Positions 27,001 through 33,000 of a DNA stretch of 64,000 nucleotides are shown one piece after another (position 1 is the stretch's first letter; every line of letters starts with the position of its first letter). Below the pieces are notes generated by a model that was not told the DNA's origin, made no database searches, and saw only the letters and a program-made list of their open reading frames with translations. The DNA lies in contig MHFR01000037.1 in assembly GCA_001804285.1 (NCBI GenBank), positions 149,952 through 213,951 on the forward strand. Direction: 5' to 3'. The position numbers were made by a program, and so were the translations under genes. This stretch comes from Candidatus Danuiimicrobium aquiferis. GTDB taxonomy: Bacteria > Omnitrophota > Omnitrophia > Omnitrophales > Danuiimicrobiaceae.

Positions 27001-30000
27001 TTCATCACGCGCCTGATAAATTCGCTGCGCATAATCGAGTCTGGCTTTTTGAATGTCATTCAATGTTTTAAACTGCTCTTCCACCCGGCCCGGTTTTAGT
27101 TCGCCTTTGATCCCGATAAAAAACGATGCGCCTATTTTCCCAAATGTAAATTTTTCTCCGTTAATAAAAATGCCAAAACCGACAAACAATTTGGGCAATG
27201 CATCCCATTTCTGTCCTTTGTATTTCTCCCGGAGGGATGCCGCATCATAAAAACTTTCCTTCCCGTCAGGGTCAATCACCTTGAACACATAGCCGTCAGA
27301 CGCGGATAAAGCCATGTCTGGGGTTTCACCTGCCACAGGCGAAATTCTTTCTACTTTCACCTCTGGACTGCCCAGGATTTTTTGATATTTAGCCGGAACG
27401 TCGGGCCGATACCGTTCGACAACTAAGTCAAGGACACTATGAATGGTTTGGCCGTTTGCATCAACCTTCGGCGCAAACAAATCACCAATCATCACTTGAG
27501 AGGTTTCCGGTTCCATCGTTGTCATTTTCGTGGCTTCCTTTAAATCCGGTACCGGCTGAAGCAAACCAAAATTTTCAAATAATTTTCTAAACTCTTCTTC
27601 CGTTCGTTCCGTCACTCGACCGTTCTTTTTCTCCTGTCGGAGTTTAAATATCAGATCTTTAAGTTTTTGCTCAAATCCAGCAGGCCGCACAGCAAAACCC
27701 ATCTCGTTCAATCGTTCCGTAAGTTCTCTATAAGCGAGTTCGGCACTGACTAATTTTTCTACCTGGTCAACCATAAAACCTTCTAATTTTATGCGAACGG
27801 CTGATGGATCAACTCCAAAAGTCTTTTCAAAGAGTTCATTCGCTGAATTCACAATAAAAGCGGTCACGGGTTTTTCGGTCGGAGGTGTTGCGGGCTTTTC
27901 GGTCGGAGCGGGCGTCATGCGATTTAAAACATCAGCTACCGTTTTGGTTAATACGCCTTTAGCCTGCTCACTGTTTCTTTGCTTTTCCGGCAATTTTTGA
28001 AATGCCGTTAAAAATTCTTGTTTAACCTGATCCGGTGTAATTTTCCCCTGGACATTTTGAAGACTATTTTCATACCCGGGAAATTCCTGATCAAACAAAT
28101 TCTCTGCTTCTTCGGCAGAAAAAGGAACCGCCGGCGTCTCTGTCGCTCGAACCGCCGGTTCGGGTTGGGTCGCTTGCCCCGGCATTCCCCCGATGATCAC
28201 CGAAGCAATTGCACTCGTGAGAAAACCCTGCAGTCCTGTGACTAAAACCTTCGCAGTCATTGCTTTTGCGTCAGGCGGAGTCCGCGTCTTGTCGCCATTT
28301 AAAGCTTGTACGGCCACTTGCATTCTACTAAAAATTCCCGCACCGGCTTGTTTTAGCCAATCCTTGACAAGAAAAATATTTTTTTCTCTTCCAATTTCCG
28401 GAGACGGCGGCAAAACCGGAGTGGCTTTTTGCTCTTGAATGGCTTTCACCAGCTTTTCCTGTGCTTTTGCGGAAATCTCCATATAACCCACTAACCGGTT
28501 GTCAGCCGATTTGGAAGAAGTTTTGACAACCCGTTCAAGATCTTCCTGCAATTTTGCTTTTGCCGGATCGTCCGGCACGACTCGGATCAACATACTGGCT
28601 TGCGAGACACCCTGCATTTGTCTGTTAAAACGCACCGCTTGATTGACCGTTTCCATTTCCCGCGGCATCACTTTCATTTGCGGATCAATGCCGGTAATCC
28701 CCATTTCCACGAGCGGATTTTGGTGGCCAACGCCGATCGCTTGTTTCGCGGCAAACCCCATATCACTCGCAATACTCAGCGCTTCCACTTCAACCATTGC
28801 AAAAGCCGTATGCACGCCTGTAAATTTTGAAGCTTCATCCGTCAACGAACGGTCGAGAACCTGTGTTGCCCCATTCAAATCACCTCGGATAATATGAGTC
28901 TCAATATCCCCCAACACATGCTCGGATCCCAACACGTGAATCAATTGTTGCTCTTCAAGGGTTATCCGGCCGTCCGCCAATGCGGCTTTAATCATTGCTC
29001 CGGATTTTTGCGTTATGTCTTGATCGTTTTTCGCCGCATCCACGATTGCCTGTTCATCCACCGTCATACTGCCTAAGGTATGTCCGGTAGCTAAATCGAT
29101 TCCATGGTCAACCGTTTCACCCAACCACAACACGCCGTTGATTTCGAGCGGCAGAATCAAACTCATTCCAAGAGATGCCCAGAAAAACATTTTTAGCCAG
29201 AAGAATATACTTTGACGGGAAAATGCTGCTTTTTGGAGGGATTTGAATGCATAGGGAGTGGCAAGCCACGTTAACAATCCTCCGAGGAATGGAAGCCGGA
29301 CCCACCACGGATGAAGTTTTCCGATTTTGGCCGGCGGACCCGTGCTATCGGTCAGCAGGAGTTTCATTAATTCATGATACTCAGCTTCATGAGATAATCT
29401 CAAACGCTGATGTTGAATCAACGGAATCAGCTGCCCTTTTAAAAATGCGTTGATCTCATCATGTTGATCTGCCGTCAAACCTTCTTTGGTCCCTACCCAT
29501 GACTGGAATTCCTGATAACGGTCTAAAAAGTCCGGAGCCTGTAAATGCTGACCCAATGCTATCAATTTTTCTCTTACTTCTTTTTCCAAATCCAATCCAT
29601 CCGCTTGCGCCTGCCATGCTGCCGTTACCATCCGCATTTGCATCTGAGCAACTTCTTTCGGAAGATAAAGCCCGGTCACTGTCACCACCGATGATAACCA
29701 GCCATACAAGGTGAAAAATGCAAGGAACGTGATTGGAATTGCATAAAATTGCCATGATACTGGCAATAGAAGCGCACCGATCCCGCCAACGAGCCCCATA
29801 TAAATACGCTTATTCAGAAAATCCTTGGTTCCCCGGCTGACGGTTTGGTCATCCCAAACAACATATTTCGCAATGCTACTCCCGTCCGTAAACACCCGCC
29901 GGGCAAACGAAGCTTGAATGATTCCGGCATCCGTCAGTGCCCGCGCGTCTCCTGTTTCAAAACGATATCGCACCAACCGATAAATCTTGTCGGCAGTCAG

Positions 30001-33000
30001 GCGGTTTTGCCGCACACCATATTTCCACATCATTTTCGGAATGAAATTCACCAACAGGAAACTTTCCATCAAGTGATACGGTAGTGTAACCAGCTCTATC
30101 AACGCATCCAAAAATCCTTTTGTCGATGTAAATCGCGTCTTCGCCCAACTCCCGATCCCCGTTCCGATTGCTCTGACAAAACCAATCTTCTGACGCTGCT
30201 TCAGCGCCTCCATCACATGCGACTGCAACTTGCGTGATGCAGCCTTTTTCTGATGCAGCATTTGATGGTGTTCAATGTCAAGCGTCTCGTTCTGCTTTTC
30301 AACGTCCCTAACGATTTTCCACATGTTTTCCTTCGACACGTCAAAGATGGTTTCAAACCCGAATGAGTTTGCAATCTTATTCAATTCATCCAATTGAGCG
30401 CCGTGTTCGATGAGATAAGCGACCATATCTTCCCGGCTGGATACTGGCGACGGACGCGGGATCCTTTGGCCGCTCGATTTGCCGGTTTCCAACACGGTTC
30501 GGACACTCTCATCGTATGTCCCCGCGATGCGATGAATGGCTTGAATCGCTACTTCTGCAAAAGAAAAAATCATTTCGGCCAATCCCATCGACAAAATTAA
30601 TAAGAAAAAATTCGTGGTGACAACCGCAAACATCGGATGAAGCAGTGAAAAAAGAAATATAGTCGACAGCACCGACGTAAAAACCGGTGCGATGAAAAAG
30701 AATAAAAACGCACTGATCCCCATAACCGAAAGCAAATGCCCCCATCGTTCAGCTTTTGACGGACCGCGATTCGGTTGTAATATGCCCGTTCCTGGTTTTT
30801 CGGGCGGTACGACAGGCGTTTGAATTTCCGGAACACCCGGCGCTTTGGCCCCCTCGCGAACAGAAACCGCGGCGGCTCTTGTCGGCGGTTGCGCGGGCAC
30901 CTGCCCAATAGCTCGTGTCGGAGATTCAGGAATCGTCGCATCGTAATAGACATCACGAATTGCAGGTTTTCCACTGACAACAGTTTTTTCTCTTACTCTT
31001 TTATAGATTTTTCCGGCTGCCTTGTCTTGATCGGTCAAAACCGCATCAACATCAGTATGTGTGCGTGAGTTTAAGTAGCTACGGACCGTGGATAAACCAA
31101 CGCGGGTCACACTTGCGCGCGCTCTATCAGAAATATCATAATAAGTGCCGCGTTCCTCATTTGTGATAATTCCTTTGAGCAATTTTTGAATCACTTTGTA
31201 TTGGGGGCGCCCCATTTTCTCAACTTTGGCTTGATCGAGTTTCCCTAACACAAGAAAATCAACCATCACTTCATTCGCAAAACTTAATACCGCATAAACT
31301 TCTTTAATCGTGAAACCGTGTTTCCGCAGTGAAACGCCGTCAGGCAGAAGCGAATCCAGAATATTTTCTATTAACCGTTCGCGCTTATTGTGCAAATCAC
31401 GGCGGAATTTTATTAAACGGTCTCTTGCCGTTTCTTTTCCTGCCGTCGGAACAACTTTTTGTATTCCTTTGCCCGGCATAATTTCCTCTGAAATCGTTTC
31501 CCGGACTTCGGAACGCATTCTCACTTGCGCCGCTCGCTTGGCGGCCCACGTTTCCGGCGAACCGGCAAGTTGAGCCGGAGATATCGGCGTACGAGGCCGA
31601 ACAGTGGCTGCTTGCGTCGGTTGAGACGGTGGCGTTATTTTAGGATTGAAACCGGCAAGCCGGGCAAGATCAGCTGCCGTCAAAGTGGTCAATTCACCCT
31701 TCGCAAACTCTTCCCTGAATTTCAGCTGACTTGCTTCGAATTGGGCTTTCTCAACAATGGTTTGGTTGAAAGCCGCAGGTTCGGTTATCGTTTCCGCTAA
31801 TCCAATCGCAAAATCACCTTTCGAATCATAATAGTAAACTCGTTTCACCGTTCCGCCGGATTTCACGGGCACATCCCGCGAAATCCGCTTGATCCCGATC
31901 GCTTCAAGTTCCTTCAAATCCCTCCGGATGGTTGAATCGCTCACCGCAAAATTAAATTGATCAGGCGTGGAAGATGCCTCTTGAAGTTCCTCTTTCCGTT
32001 TTCGCATGAGTTCCGTTAGCGAAGCAAAGGAAAGCCCGCCCCGCTGATTGATCATTTTGAGCACTTCACGCTGGCGTACTTGCTTGAGTGCACGACGCGG
32101 GTTTAACTTCTGGCCTTTTTTGGCAAGCCGTCCAAGACGCAGATCGTATGCTACTTCCTTCAAATTCTCGGGGTCTAACAAAGCATAAATTTTCCGCGCC
32201 GTATTCTGATCGTAAATATTCTGCCGGATGCTTTCAAGCACGTCATACAGAGCCGGATCTTCCGCCTTATTAGTAAAAACCATTTCTTCATAATGAGCAC
32301 GCGCTTCGTTCAGCGCCGCCTCCGGTGCTTCGCCGGATGATGAAATTTTCGAAATTTCTAAAACGTATTCCTGCAAATCACTTTCAACTTGATGTAAGAA
32401 CGGTGTTTTTCCGCGCAACTGTGCCAGAATTCTCAAAACCCTCAAAATCATTTCCTTAATTCCGCTCAGTGCCGTCATGCGCTGGTCTGGTTCTTTCATT
32501 TCTAAAGCTTGATCGATTTTCTCTGCGATATCACCGAGCAACATTCGATAGGGGCTGTTTCCTTTTACATTCGTAATCGCAAATTTATTTTCCGCTTGAT
32601 TCCAAATGGCCCATAGTTCCCGCAAATCTTCGCTTTGCTCAATGACACTCGGGTCCTGAAATCCATCGCCCATGGAAGGGTGAAAATGAACCAGAATATA
32701 GCGGAAAGCATTCAAGTTATAAGTTGGGGGTTGTTGTAACCGAAAAAAATCGCGAACCCAAGGCATTTGCATGGCTTCTGAGTTTCCCTGGATTTCTTTC
32801 CACGACTTGAAAAATGGCCGCTTTGTTAGACTCATAGTCCCGATCACAAAGTCAATCACCGCCGCCTGCTCTTGAAGATTCAACTTTCCCCATTCCCGCT
32901 GAACCCCCAAAAACCGAAACATCCTGCTTAATCGTTGGGTTCGATCATCGCCTGTCGGCCCGGTCACAGGCTTTTGTGCAGGTTCAACTACCGCCGCATG

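Noticed and set aside
32640-32700. HFHPS as a JAB/MPN metalloprotease motif
   Set aside because: The downstream SxxD is not at the expected spacing and I saw no supporting context.
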